Positions 8,834 through 18,964 are shown, counted from the stretch's first letter. The stretch: DNA of 32,000 nt from Bacteroidales bacterium (GCA_018056215.1 JAGPGB010000002.1:1-32000), one strand, 5' to 3'. Notes: generated by a model from the sequence alone, not told the origin. A program made the numbers and translations.

Positions 8834-10024
8834 ATGAATTTGCATGAATATCAATCAAAAAACCTATTAGAACAATTTGGTATTAAAGTTGGAAAAAGAT
8901 TCCTAGCATATAATCCTGATGAAGCTTATGAAGCTGCTTTAAATTTAAAAGAATTAACGGGTTCAGAAATTTGTGCAGTAAAAGCTCAAGTACATGCTGG
9001 TGGCAGAGGTAAAGCTGGTGGCGTAAAAATTGCTAAATCACCCGAAGAAGCTAAAAAATTAGCTTCACAAATTATAGGAATGAGATTAGTAACACCGCAA
9101 ACTGATGAAAATGGTAAATTAGTTCGAAAAGTTTTAATAGAACAAAATCTATATTATGAAGGGAAAGAAAATGTTCAGGAATTTTATATGAGCATATCCT
9201 GTGATAGGAAAAATGAAAAAAATGTAATATTATATTCCACACAAGGTGGAATGGAGATAGAAAAAGTTGCTGAAGCCACGCCAAATTTAATTTTTAAAGA
9301 ATTTATAAATCCTATAACTGGCTTAATGCCCTATCAAGCACGTAAAATTGCATTTGATTTAGGATTAAATGGTGATGCTTTTAATGATATGCTAGATTTT
9401 ATTGCTAAATTATATCAAGCATTTATCGGTACAGACGCATCTTTACTCGAGATAAATCCGGTCTTGAAAACTAGTGATAATCAAATATATCCTGCAGATG
9501 CTAAAATTGTTTTAGATGATTCTGCACTTTATAGACATCCTGAGTTAAGCGGTTTACGTGATTTAGAAGAAGAAAATCAATTAGAATTAGAAGCAAATGC
9601 TGCAGGATTAAATTATGTAAAATTAGATGGCAACGTAGCATGTATGGTTAATGGAGCAGGACTAGCTATGGCTACCATGGATTTAATTGCTATAGCAGGA
9701 GCTAAACCCGCAAATTTTTTAGACGTAGGTGGTTCAGCAAGCTCCGAACAAATAGAAAAAGGCTTTAGAATAATTTTAAAAGACCCCACAGTAAAAGCTA
9801 TTTTAGTTAATATTTTTGGAGGCATTGTAAGATGTGATAGGGTTGCTAATGGTATCATAGAAGCATACAGAAATGTAAAAAATATCAATATTCCTATAAT
9901 TGTTCGTCTTCAAGGCACAAATGCACAATTGGCTAAAGAAATCCTAGAATCATCAAATTTAAAATTAATACCTGCCAACACATTAGATGAAGTTATAGAG
10001 TGTATAAAAAAATTAAATTTATAG
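8834..10024 (+). CDS. sucC: Succinate--CoA ligase (ADP-forming) beta subunit
   Basis: 396 aa. MNLHEYQSKNLLEQFGI N-terminus, an ATP-grasp domain, a C-terminal NIFGGIVRCD block and typical length. Confidence 0.97.
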   Translation: MNLHEYQSKNLLEQFGIKVGKRFLAYNPDEAYEAALNLKELTGSEICAVKAQVHAGGRGKAGGVKIAKSPEEAKKLASQIIGMRLVTPQTDENGKLVRKVLIEQNLYYEGKENVQEFYMSISCDRKNEKNVILYSTQGGMEIEKVAEATPNLIFKEFINPITGLMPYQARKIAFDLGLNGDAFNDMLDFIAKLYQAFIGTDASLLEINPVLKTSDNQIYPADAKIVLDDSALYRHPELSGLRDLEEENQLELEANAAGLNYVKLDGNVACMVNGAGLAMATMDLIAIAGAKPANFLDVGGSASSEQIEKGFRIILKDPTVKAILVNIFGGIVRCDRVANGIIEAYRNVKNINIPIIVRLQGTNAQLAKEILESSNLKLIPANTLDEVIECIKKLNL

Positions 10025-10103
10025 TAAATTTAATTTTGAAAAGGAAGGATAGGAAAGATCATTTATGTATAAAATTTTATATGCTATTATTTTAAAAATT
10101 CAT

Positions 10104-10111
10104 TATCTTTG
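10104..10111 (+). promoter_or_regulatory. -7 promoter box TATCTTTG inside the IS left end (transposase promoter)
   Basis: Exact TAnnTTTG match 18 nt upstream of the transposase ATG. It is conserved in copy B at 22684-22691. Confidence 0.45.
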
Positions 10112-10129
10112 CAATAAATTTTATTTAAT

Positions 10130-11134
10130 ATGAAAAATATTGTATCTAACCTTCAAGAGCACCTCTCACAGGGTAAACAACTCAACTTAGAATTCCTTAA
10201 TAATCTCTACAATAAGATGAAACTACAAGGCAACGATGTAATAGATTATCAACATCTAAAAGCTCAGAGCGTCTCTCCACAATGTCCTAATTGCAAAAGC
10301 ATTCATATTAAGAAAAATGGGCATCAACAAGGCCAACAGATGTATAAATGCAAAAATTGTGGTAAAAATTTCCGTGAGACTACCGGTACCTTTGTCTACT
10401 ACTTGCATAAAAAAGAATTAATGCTTGACTACATTCGCCTGATGCTTGAAGGAAACACTTTACGTCAATGCTCTAAAGAACTTCGTATCTCCCTACCTAC
10501 AAGTTTCGAATGGAGACATCGCATTATCTCTGCTCTCAGAAGCTTCGAAAATAACGTAAACTTCTTTGGTATTATGGAAATAGATGAGTTGCAATTGAAA
10601 TACTCTGAGAAAGGACGCAGATATAAAACGTTAGAAGAATATCTATTAGCTAAAGAGTTAAAAACTCACAATGTAGCTGTGCTATCTATGATAGACAGAA
10701 GTGGTAATATGCTTTGCAAATTAACTGGATTAGATAATGTGAAACGAGATCAGATAGATAAGATATTATTAGCCAGGATATCTAAGAATGCTGTGATTTG
10801 CTCGCCAGATAATGAAGAATTCAAAAATTTGAAAACACAAAGTATAAAGGACAAAACTATAATAACTAGAAGGACAAAAAAGTATGGACAGCATGGGTTA
10901 GCAATAGTTAAAGACAAAGAAAATGATTTTGCAGGATGGATAAATTATAAATTTAGAGGGGTGGCTACGAAGTATTTGCAAAGCTATATAATGTGGTATG
11001 TAGTAAAGCATAAATATTTATTGAGTAGAGTGGTGGATGATATAGGTAGGATGTTGAATTTAGCAGCGTCAGACTGGGAGGCATGGTATGTATATATGAG
11101 GTTAAGATTAAAGCATAGGGAAAAGCTAACATAA
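10130..11134 (+). CDS. IS1595-family-like transposase (N-terminal zinc ribbon + HTH + DDE-type domain)
   Basis: 334 aa. Zinc ribbon CPNCKS..x17..CKNCGKNF, followed by FRETTGTFVYY...LRQCSKELRISLPTSFEWRHRII. This matches the IS1595 Zn-ribbon/HTH pattern FS.TSGT....S..L...LGIS..TAW...HRIR. Next come MEIDELQL (DE of the first catalytic block) and CSPDNEEF. A second copy with 6/334 aa differences lies at 22710-23714. Confidence 0.8.
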   Translation: MKNIVSNLQEHLSQGKQLNLEFLNNLYNKMKLQGNDVIDYQHLKAQSVSPQCPNCKSIHIKKNGHQQGQQMYKCKNCGKNFRETTGTFVYYLHKKELMLDYIRLMLEGNTLRQCSKELRISLPTSFEWRHRIISALRSFENNVNFFGIMEIDELQLKYSEKGRRYKTLEEYLLAKELKTHNVAVLSMIDRSGNMLCKLTGLDNVKRDQIDKILLARISKNAVICSPDNEEFKNLKTQSIKDKTIITRRTKKYGQHGLAIVKDKENDFAGWINYKFRGVATKYLQSYIMWYVVKHKYLLSRVVDDIGRMLNLAASDWEAWYVYMRLRLKHREKLT

Positions 11135-11227
11135 TTTATTTTAATCTTTCCCTTCCCTCACTTTCAATTCCCCTCCTATTATCCCTCCTAAAAATAATAA
11201 GTTATCTCATTAGTTAATAGTATTCTT

Positions 11228-11860
11228 CTACCTGAGATTTAAATATTTGTGTGTCTGTATTGACAATCTCCATTTAGAATTATTAAAAATGTATTTTATT
11301 ATTTCTGGTAATATTTTTTTTGATTTAGACCATTCTGGTTGTAGAAATAAATAACACTCATCTGACACTGATTTAGAACATTCTTCAGCAAATACTAAAT
11401 CTTCTAAATCACTTATTATCACTTTTAACTCATTAGCATTCTTTAACCATTCATCATTAATGTATGAATGATTTTTTGGACTAACGCAAATCCAATCTAT
11501 ATTGTTTATCCATTGTGCCGTAGCTGCTGTCTCTAAATGTATATAATAATCATGAGCATGAAATAAATTAATTAATTGGTCTAAAGGATATAAAATTGGT
11601 TCACCACCTGTCAGCACTATATGTTTAGTGTCGTATATCATTGCTTTTTCTAATAATTCAAATGGGGTTGTTAGGTTATTAATGTCGGGATTCCATGTTT
11701 CTTTACTATCACAAAACCAACAACTCAGATCGCAGCCACCTAATCTAATAAAAAAAGAAGCTAATCCAGTATGCAAACCCTCACCTTGTAAACTGTAAAA
11801 TGTCTCTAATACAGGTAAATGATTGGCATCTATATTTAAATTTTCTAATTTCATAAACAC
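11228..11860 (-). CDS. queE: 7-carboxy-7-deazaguanine synthase (radical SAM)
   Basis: 210 aa. Radical-SAM cluster motif CDLSCWFCDS (CxxxCxxC), SLQGEG and LTGGEP blocks, QueE-like size. The alternative start two codons downstream (MKLENL) is equally possible. Confidence 0.85.
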   Translation of the reverse strand: MFMKLENLNIDANHLPVLETFYSLQGEGLHTGLASFFIRLGGCDLSCWFCDSKETWNPDINNLTTPFELLEKAMIYDTKHIVLTGGEPILYPLDQLINLFHAHDYYIHLETAATAQWINNIDWICVSPKNHSYINDEWLKNANELKVIISDLEDLVFAEECSKSVSDECYLFLQPEWSKSKKILPEIIKYIFNNSKWRLSIQTHKYLNLR

Positions 11861-11923
11861 AAAAAACTTTAATTTAACTTGTTAATTATTAAAAATAGAA
11901 TAAATTTTTAATTTAGGGAAAGT

Positions 11924-12670
11924 TTACTTTTTATGTTTCTCTAAATATGGCATAGCCATTTTAAATCCGTCAATTAGCATATTCCCAAGACCTTTACTAG
12001 TAAAAGTACCACCAGAGATAGCATCTACACCATGTATTTCTGGTATATTGCTATGTTTCACACCACCTTTAACAACGGCTATGCTAGTAAACTGATTATT
12101 TTCATCAAATATTTTTTTACCTATGAATTGTTCTTGAAAAGGCAATCCAGATATTTCAGCTCCGAGGCCTGGTGTTTCACCTTTATGATCAAAAACAGCA
12201 CCATGAATAGTATTTAAATCATTTTCTAAAGCTACATATCCCCATATAGCACCCCACAAACCCATACCATAAAAAGGAATAACAGTGAGTGTATCATTAT
12301 TATTTTGGATTAAGTATATTGGCATAATATATGAATCACCAGCTTTGAATTTTTTCACTTCACTATTTATGTCAATATCGAAAGGTCTAACATCTCCTTT
12401 TAGACCATTATCATAATCGAATTCTGCTATTATTTCTCCTTTTTCATTAATAGCTATTTCTTTTATTAATAATTGTTTATATGTATCTTCAGCATTTTTT
12501 TCATCAAAATTTTGTCTAGATGCCCTAAGTATATAGCCTATTTTTTCATTTTTTTTATTTTTATCTTGAAAAGGTTTCAAAGCTGTAGCACCTAAAGTTA
12601 ATAATATGGCAACTATTGCTACCATTATTATTGAATATATGATTATATATCTATTTGTAAATTTAGCCAT
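11924..12670 (-). CDS. nqrC: Na+-translocating NADH:quinone oxidoreductase subunit C
   Basis: 248 aa. N-terminal TM anchor, an FMN-attachment-type motif (AISGGTFTS, cf. SGATxT) and GLWG. It directly follows nqrB. Confidence 0.92.
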   Translation of the reverse strand: MAKFTNRYIIIYSIIMVAIVAILLTLGATALKPFQDKNKKNEKIGYILRASRQNFDEKNAEDTYKQLLIKEIAINEKGEIIAEFDYDNGLKGDVRPFDIDINSEVKKFKAGDSYIMPIYLIQNNNDTLTVIPFYGMGLWGAIWGYVALENDLNTIHGAVFDHKGETPGLGAEISGLPFQEQFIGKKIFDENNQFTSIAVVKGGVKHSNIPEIHGVDAISGGTFTSKGLGNMLIDGFKMAMPYLEKHKK

Positions 12671-12674
12671 AATA

Positions 12675-13865
12675 TTATGATTTAATTGTTTGAGATAACA
12701 AAGCTCTTTTTTTACGACGATTAATATTTTGTTGCACTACTAAATGATCTATTAATGGAGCAAAAACATTCATTAATAGTATAGAAAGCATCGCTCCCTC
12801 GGGGTATGCTGGATTTACAACTCGTATTAGCATGCAAAATATTCCAATTAATAAACCATAATAGATTTTGCCTGTTGGAGTTTGTGCAGAGGTTACTGGA
12901 TCTGTAGCCATGAAAACTGCACCAAACAAAAAACCACCAATAAAGAAATGATAATAAAATGGAATTTGCATATATTCGTTAGCTCCCCATAGATTAAAAA
13001 TTATTCCCATAGCTGCAGCACCTATTAATGCACTAATCATGACTCTTAGATTAGCTACGCCTGTGAAAATCAAATATATAGCAGCTAAAATTATTAATAT
13101 TTTAGAGGTTTCACCAATAGAGCCCGGAATGAATCCTAAAGACATTGTAAGCAAAGAAGGAGCTTGAGCGAATTGATTTTGAGCAGCTAAAGCCAATGGT
13201 GTAGGTCCACTAATGACATCCAATCCTTTGCTAGCTACCCATATAGCATCACCAGTCATACTAGCAGGATACGCAAAAAATAAAAATGCTCTTGTTAGCA
13301 ATGCTGGATTTAGGAAATTCATTCCTGTGCCACCAAATACTTCTTTACCAAAAATTACAGCAAAGATCGTAGCAATTGCTAGCATCCATAATGGTATTGT
13401 AGGAGGCACTATTAAAGCTATTAGCATACCTGTTACTAAAAAACCTTCATTCACCTGATGATGTCTTATTTGTGCTGAGGTAAATTCTACTGCCAGCCCA
13501 CTAACATAACTTACTACTATTATTGGCAATATTCGTAAAAATCCATACCAAAATATTCGCCAAAAACCAATTTCTTTAACTACCTGCCCCCATGCATCTA
13601 TATCTAATCCTAATTGTAGTCTGAAATGCTGAAGTCCAACATTAAACATACCAAACAAGACAATTGGAGCTAAAGCTATTAGTACATGTGTCATCAAGCG
13701 TTTCAAATCTACATAATCTCTTATATGAGATCCTTTTTCAGTAACTTTATTTGGCACGAAAAAAAAGACTTCAAAAGCCTCAAAAGTAGAATGTAGAAAG
13801 TACAGTTTACCTCCTTTTTCGAAATTTGGCTTTATTTTGTCTAAAAATGACCTTAACCAATTCAT
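12675..13865 (-). CDS. nqrB: Na+-translocating NADH:quinone oxidoreductase subunit B
   Basis: 396 aa polytopic membrane protein. N-terminus FLDKIKPNFEKGGKLYFLHSTFEAFEVFFF, internal FMATDPVTS, NqrB/RnfD-type. Confidence 0.95.
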   Translation of the reverse strand: MNWLRSFLDKIKPNFEKGGKLYFLHSTFEAFEVFFFVPNKVTEKGSHIRDYVDLKRLMTHVLIALAPIVLFGMFNVGLQHFRLQLGLDIDAWGQVVKEIGFWRIFWYGFLRILPIIVVSYVSGLAVEFTSAQIRHHQVNEGFLVTGMLIALIVPPTIPLWMLAIATIFAVIFGKEVFGGTGMNFLNPALLTRAFLFFAYPASMTGDAIWVASKGLDVISGPTPLALAAQNQFAQAPSLLTMSLGFIPGSIGETSKILIILAAIYLIFTGVANLRVMISALIGAAAMGIIFNLWGANEYMQIPFYYHFFIGGFLFGAVFMATDPVTSAQTPTGKIYYGLLIGIFCMLIRVVNPAYPEGAMLSILLMNVFAPLIDHLVVQQNINRRKKRALLSQTIKS

Positions 13866-13884
13866 ATCAATATTTTTTAAATTA

Positions 13885-15237
13885 TTAAGTAGTTTCTTTT
13901 ATCATTAGGTCTATACCTTTTCTCACTATTTCTTGCAAATTGATTTTAGACACACAAACATATTCTGGCAGTGCAAAGTCTTCTTCTACGATTTCGTAAA
14001 TTCCTAGATTTTCCATTTGTTCAATATTTTCACTGAGAATAGCCTTTAGCAAATACACAGGATAGATATCAAAAGGAAAGTATTTATCATATTGATCGCT
14101 GAGTACAAAAGGTCGCTCTTCGCCGTGCATATTTGTATCTAAAACATATTTCTTATTTTTACTTCTGATGAGCCAATTCATAATCATTCTAGAAGGACTA
14201 TATTTTGTAAATTTAGGTGCTACCCATCCAAAGAAATCATAATAATAACCTTCTGGTATCACTGTAATTTGATTGTCATAATAGCTGAGAAACCCGTCTA
14301 ATCCTGCATTAGTGCCTGTTAATACATTACCACTGATCACACGCACATTATTTTGTTTTAATCTATTACTAAGTAATGCTTGCATAGACATTCCAGGTAA
14401 AGTGGTAATATAGCCACGTTCAGTGAGCTCACTTCCTGTTAGTACTATTTTCTTATGCAAATCTAATTTCCCATTTTGAAATAATCTACCAATAAAAATC
14501 ACATCTTGTGGATACAGATACCAATAAATATCTCCTTTATTTATTGGACTAATTTTAGAAATTTGCACACTCACATTACCTACAGGATGTGGTCCTTCGA
14601 AATCATGTAATTCAATATTTTTAATGCTTTTGTAAAAGTCAGATTTATTACGTGAGGAAGAAATATTTAAATAAATAGGTCCAGAAGTTAAATTTTTTAT
14701 GATATCAATACCTTTTTGGAAATTTTCTTCTTCATCTTTTATTAAATAATCTGGATCTGGAGCTAATGGAGAACTATCAAAAGCAGAAATATAAATAGCT
14801 TTAGGTATATCTGATGGGTTCGCTATGATACCGTAGGGACGTTGCTTTATATTCACCCATAATCCTGATTCTAGTAAAAGTTTAATAATATTATCTCTAT
14901 CTAATGTATTTGGAATATTAAAAATTTTATACTCTTGTGATGAATTAGGTGTAATAATTATTTGTTTTAGTATTCTTTTTTCACCTCTTATGATAGCTGT
15001 CACTTTACCACTTATAGGTGATGTGATAAAAATATTTTCGTTTAATTTATTTTGAATTATTGGTTCTCCAGCTAATATATCATCTCCTTCTTTTACTAGT
15101 AATCTAGGCGATAAAAGTCTAAAATCTTGTGGTAATATGGCGTATTTATCACTTGAAATATCTGGTAAATCTTTTAAAGGAGCTTCACCTGCTAAAGGAA
15201 TATCCAGCCCTTTTTTTATTTTAAAATGTTCTTTCAT
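13885..15237 (-). CDS. nqrA: Na+-translocating NADH:quinone oxidoreductase subunit A
   Basis: 450 aa. The N-terminus FKIKKGLDIPLAGEA is typical of NqrA. The gene sits upstream of nqrB with a 19-nt gap. Confidence 0.95.
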   Translation of the reverse strand: MKEHFKIKKGLDIPLAGEAPLKDLPDISSDKYAILPQDFRLLSPRLLVKEGDDILAGEPIIQNKLNENIFITSPISGKVTAIIRGEKRILKQIIITPNSSQEYKIFNIPNTLDRDNIIKLLLESGLWVNIKQRPYGIIANPSDIPKAIYISAFDSSPLAPDPDYLIKDEEENFQKGIDIIKNLTSGPIYLNISSSRNKSDFYKSIKNIELHDFEGPHPVGNVSVQISKISPINKGDIYWYLYPQDVIFIGRLFQNGKLDLHKKIVLTGSELTERGYITTLPGMSMQALLSNRLKQNNVRVISGNVLTGTNAGLDGFLSYYDNQITVIPEGYYYDFFGWVAPKFTKYSPSRMIMNWLIRSKNKKYVLDTNMHGEERPFVLSDQYDKYFPFDIYPVYLLKAILSENIEQMENLGIYEIVEEDFALPEYVCVSKINLQEIVRKGIDLMIKETT

Positions 15238-15423
15238 CTTAATCTAAAATTTTCAAGTTGCTAAATTATATATTTGTTTTAATATTTTATAAAAAAATAA
15301 TAAAAATCATTTTTTTATTTTGTTATAAATTTGTAAAAAATAAGATTGTTAATATTTGAAAAAAATTTTTTCAATTTTTATTTAATTATTAAAAAATGTA
15401 TTAACTTAGCAAAAAAATTATAT

Positions 15424-17523
15424 ATGCAGAATAAAAGTATTTTAATCACATTTATCTTAATATTTATTACTGGAATATTTGCCTTTGGGCAAAAAAATTT
15501 AGTAGCTGAAGCCGACGGAAAATATGAATTAGGTCAGTATTACAGTGCTTCACAGTTATATTTGAAAGCATATCCTAAAGTGGAAAACAAGTTAGAAAAA
15601 AATAGGATATTGTATAGAGTAGGTTTATGCTATTATTATATGGGAGATGCTAGAAAAGCATTATCATATTTTAATCGTGTTATTAGAGCACAATATCCTG
15701 ATCCAGAAGTTTTCTGGTATACAGGTTTAGTAAACATGACATTAACAAATTATGAAGATGCCTTGGCTAATTTTGAACAATATAAGCAATTAGTACCTAA
15801 TGATACTATAGTTGATATAAAAATAGAATCCTGTAAATTGTCAAAAGCTTGGATGGATAATCCTACTCTGTATGAGGTCATTAGCGAGAGAAAACTAAAT
15901 TCCAAAAATCAAGATTTCGCTCCTGCATGGGCAGATAAAAAATATAGATCTATAATATTTACTACTAATAGAGATGGTGTTGTCGGAAAAGGAGTAGATG
16001 AAGGAACAGGCTTACCATTTACAGATTTTTTCATTGCAGAAAAAGATAAAAAAGGCAATTGGTCAGCACCTGTAACTGCTGATGATCAAGGTGTATTAAA
16101 TACTCAGCACAATGAGGGAGTGGGTTGTTTCAATAGTAAATTTAATACTTTTTATTTTACTAAATGTAAGGTAGAAAAAAAGAAAATTTTGGGTTGTAGT
16201 ATCTATACCACAATGAAACGTGGTCGTACCTGGTCTGAGCCTATATTAATACCTTTCACAACAGATTCAAGTGCTACAGTTGGTCACCCAACTATTTCTA
16301 ATGATGAAACTATGATAATATTTTCTAGCAATATGCCAGGTGGTATGGGCGGCAGAGACTTATGGATGGCTACAAAAACAAAGAAAAATCAAGATTTTGG
16401 TCAACCTGTTAATTTAGGTTCTGTGATTAATACTGCTGGTAATGAATTATTCCCTACTTTGAGATATGTTAATAACAAAGTATATTTATATTTCTCATCT
16501 GATGGTCATCCGGGTATGGGAGGATTAGATTTATATCGTTCAGAATATATTGATGGACAATGGACTGCACCTGAAAATCTACGATATCCTTTAAATTCTT
16601 CTCAGGATGATTTCCATATAATATTTTTAGATGATCCTACAACTCTGCGTACTGAAGGAGCTAGAGAAATGGGATTTTTCTCAAGTAATAGAAATTTATC
16701 TTCAATGGATGACATTTATTCATTTAAATTACCTCCTATTTATTTCTCGATCAGTGGCATAGTATATGATGATAGTACTAAATTACCAATTCCTGGAGCT
16801 GCTGTTAGAGTAGAAGGTTCTGATGGTAATATTTATATCGATACTACTGATACTAAAGGTTATTATATGTTTGATAAAACTCAAATTTTTGAAAATAATA
16901 CTTATCAAATTTATGTTTCTAAAGAAGGTTATTTTAACGAAAAAGGTATCGAAACAACTGTCGGATTAGATAGAAGTAAAGATTTAGTTCATGATTTTTA
17001 TTTAGCTCCTATTCCTAAAAAACCAATTGTATTACCTGATATTTTATATGATTTCGATGATTGGCAACTAAAACCACAATATCAAGATAGCTTAAATGGA
17101 TTAGTAGAAATTCTAAAAGATAATCCTAAAATTGTAATAGAGTTAGGCTCTCATACTGACTCTCGTGGATCTTTAGAATATAATGATAGTCTTTCATACA
17201 AACGTGCTAAAGCTGTAGTTGATTATCTGATATCTAAAGGAATAGAACCAGATAGATTAATACCTAAAGGTTTTGGTGAGAGAGTTCCTCGAGTTTTAGA
17301 AAGTGATAAAACAGTCATAATAAAAGGTAAAGAATATACTTTCCCTAAAGGAACTGTGCTAACTGAGGAATACATAAATTCACTAAAGACAGAAGATGAA
17401 CGTGAGGCTGCTCATCAATTAAATAGACGAACTACCTTCCAGATTATTCGTGAAGATTATGTACCCTCTGGTGAACAAAATAAACCTGTACAAATAGAAA
17501 TTATTAAAGATGTTAACAAATAA
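15424..17523 (+). CDS. OmpA-family outer-membrane protein with N-terminal TPR, TolB-like beta-propeller repeats, CarboxypepD_reg-like domain and C-terminal OmpA peptidoglycan-binding domain
   Basis: The ORF track starts at 15346, but the internal ATG at 15424 gives a proper signal peptide (MQNKSILITFILIFITGIFAFGQ). PD40-like repeats are present (IIFTTNRDG; MIIFSSNMPGGMGGRDLWMA; LYFSSDGHPGMGGLDLYRS). The OmpA_C block is ELGSHTDSRGSLEYNDSLSYKRAKAVVDYL...NRRTTF. Confidence 0.85.
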   Translation: MQNKSILITFILIFITGIFAFGQKNLVAEADGKYELGQYYSASQLYLKAYPKVENKLEKNRILYRVGLCYYYMGDARKALSYFNRVIRAQYPDPEVFWYTGLVNMTLTNYEDALANFEQYKQLVPNDTIVDIKIESCKLSKAWMDNPTLYEVISERKLNSKNQDFAPAWADKKYRSIIFTTNRDGVVGKGVDEGTGLPFTDFFIAEKDKKGNWSAPVTADDQGVLNTQHNEGVGCFNSKFNTFYFTKCKVEKKKILGCSIYTTMKRGRTWSEPILIPFTTDSSATVGHPTISNDETMIIFSSNMPGGMGGRDLWMATKTKKNQDFGQPVNLGSVINTAGNELFPTLRYVNNKVYLYFSSDGHPGMGGLDLYRSEYIDGQWTAPENLRYPLNSSQDDFHIIFLDDPTTLRTEGAREMGFFSSNRNLSSMDDIYSFKLPPIYFSISGIVYDDSTKLPIPGAAVRVEGSDGNIYIDTTDTKGYYMFDKTQIFENNTYQIYVSKEGYFNEKGIETTVGLDRSKDLVHDFYLAPIPKKPIVLPDILYDFDDWQLKPQYQDSLNGLVEILKDNPKIVIELGSHTDSRGSLEYNDSLSYKRAKAVVDYLISKGIEPDRLIPKGFGERVPRVLESDKTVIIKGKEYTFPKGTVLTEEYINSLKTEDEREAAHQLNRRTTFQIIREDYVPSGEQNKPVQIEIIKDVNK

Positions 17524-17550
17524 AATTTAAAAAATATTTATTTAAAAAAA

Positions 17551-17579
17551 AGGAGGTAATTGAAATTGCCTCCTTTTTT
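17551..17579 (+). terminator. Rho-independent terminator after the OmpA-family gene
   Basis: AGGAGGTAA-ttgaaa-TTGCCTCCT forms a 9-bp stem with one T-G wobble that only works on the plus strand. It is followed by TTTTT and preceded by an A-tract. Confidence 0.75.
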
Positions 17580-17593
17580 ATATCGTTTATTTG

Positions 17594-17601
17594 TAATTTT
17601 G
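17594..17601 (+). promoter_or_regulatory. -7 promoter box TAATTTTG upstream of the purM-like gene
   Basis: Exact TAnnTTTG match 15 nt upstream of the ATG at 17617, just after the terminator. Confidence 0.45.
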
Positions 17602-17616
17602 TAAAAATATTTAGTT

Positions 17617-18780
17617 ATGAATAAAATCAACAATGTTTACGATAGATATGGAGCCTCTAGTCAAAAACAAGATGTTTTCAATGCCATCAAAAATTTGTCT
17701 CACGGAATATCTGAAACTACTTTTTGCAATTTATTTCCATCTCCTTTTGATAAACAATTAATCGCTCTGCATGCTGATGGAGCTGGTACTAAATCTGCTC
17801 TAGCATATATTTATTATAAAGAAACTGGTGATCTATCTGTATGGGAAAATTTAGCAATAGATGCGATAGCGATGAATACTGATGATATCTTATGTGTGGG
17901 TAGCACTGGTCCATTTTACTTAACAAATATAATTGGAAGGAATAGAAATTTAATAAATCAAGATATAATATCTGCTATAATACACGGTTTTGAAAAATTC
18001 GCCAATAAAATGGCTGAGTACAATATAAATATTATGCTTACTGGTGGAGAAACTGCCGACATTGGTGATTTGACTAAAACATTAACATTAGATGCTGTAG
18101 CTGCTTCATTTATCTCAGAAAATAATTATATAGATAATAAGAATATTCAGAATGGTGATGTGATAATAGGATTAGAATCTACTGGCCAAGCACTTTGGGA
18201 AGATACGCCTAATAGTGGTATTGGCAGCAATGGTCTCACCCTAGCTAGACATACTTTATTAAATAATATTTATAAAAATTTATATCCCGAATCTTTTGAT
18301 AACAATACTGAAAATGATTTAATATATTGTGGAAATTATTTATTAACTGATGAGTCTCCTTTTATAGGATTAGATATGGGCAAATTTATTCTGAGCCCCA
18401 CTAAAACATATTTACCAATTATGAAAGAGATTTTTCAATATTATTTAGATGACATCCATGGCATTATTCATTGTACTGGTGGCGGTCAAATTAAAGTTAA
18501 AAGATTTATTAATAATTTGAGAATAATAAAAAATAATTTATTCTCTGTCCCTGCATTGTTTGAAATGATTAAAACTTCAGCAAATATAGATTGGAAGCAA
18601 ATGTACGAGATTTTTAATATGGGACATCGATTAGAATTATACGTACCTGCAGATATAGTAAGTGAAATCATAGCTATTAGCGAAAAATATAATGTGAAAG
18701 CCAAACAAATAGGCTATGTAGAAAATAATGATACTACTGAAATAATTATTAAATCAGAACATGGTGTCTTTGTTTATTAA
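17617..18780 (+). CDS. purM: AIR synthase-family protein (Bacteroidetes long-form phosphoribosylformylglycinamidine cyclo-ligase, PurM-like)
   Basis: 387 aa. HADGAGTKS (cf. PurM DGVGTK), NTDDILCVG and LTGGETAD blocks. The ~390-aa length is typical of the Bacteroidetes form. Confidence 0.75.
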   Translation: MNKINNVYDRYGASSQKQDVFNAIKNLSHGISETTFCNLFPSPFDKQLIALHADGAGTKSALAYIYYKETGDLSVWENLAIDAIAMNTDDILCVGSTGPFYLTNIIGRNRNLINQDIISAIIHGFEKFANKMAEYNINIMLTGGETADIGDLTKTLTLDAVAASFISENNYIDNKNIQNGDVIIGLESTGQALWEDTPNSGIGSNGLTLARHTLLNNIYKNLYPESFDNNTENDLIYCGNYLLTDESPFIGLDMGKFILSPTKTYLPIMKEIFQYYLDDIHGIIHCTGGGQIKVKRFINNLRIIKNNLFSVPALFEMIKTSANIDWKQMYEIFNMGHRLELYVPADIVSEIIAISEKYNVKAKQIGYVENNDTTEIIIKSEHGVFVY

Positions 18781-18925
18781 TTAAATTTTAATATTCATGG
18801 TATTTACACTTTCTATTTAATTTTGTTAAAGAGATTTATTAATATATTTCCCCAAAAATTATTTAAACCAAATTTTTTTCTAAATTTGATAATGGGTAAA
18901 TGCAATTAGCTTCAATAAATTTTAG

Positions 18926-18933
18926 TAATTTTG
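18926..18933 (+). promoter_or_regulatory. -7 promoter box TAATTTTG upstream of parE
   Basis: Exact TAnnTTTG match 31 nt upstream of the ATG at 18965. Confidence 0.4.
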
Positions 18934-18964
18934 TAATAAATATGATCAAAGCAAAATATATAAA

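Larger units (their letters stand above)
10032..11169 (+). mobile_element. IS1595-family-like insertion sequence, copy A (~1.14 kb; ends approximate, +/-20 bp)
   Basis: Single transposase ORF. The purine-rich left end ttgaaaaggaaggataggaaagat is an imperfect inverted repeat of the right end (reverse complement aattgaaagtgagggaagggaaagat). Homology to copy B (22609-23762) starts and stops at these points. I could not see a clean target-site duplication. Confidence 0.7.

Noticed and set aside
9072-9888. Track ORFs 9072-9284(-) and 9613-9888(-), antisense to sucC
   Set aside because: Shadow ORFs inside a highly conserved gene.
10025-10129. Absence of sucD directly after sucC as evidence that the IS destroyed a sucCD operon
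   Set aside because: I am not confident that sucC and sucD are adjacent in Bacteroidota. No sucD fragment is visible on either side of either IS copy, so the claim is not supportable from this window.
12032-13458. Track ORFs 12032-12217(+) and 13213-13458(+), antisense to nqrC and nqrB
   Set aside because: Shadow ORFs within conserved membrane-protein genes.
15346-15423. N-terminal extension of the OmpA-family ORF (MLIFEKNFFNFYLIIKKCINLAKKLY)
   Set aside because: The extension precedes a canonical signal peptide that starts at the internal Met (15424) and would bury it. It reads like translated AT-rich promoter DNA.
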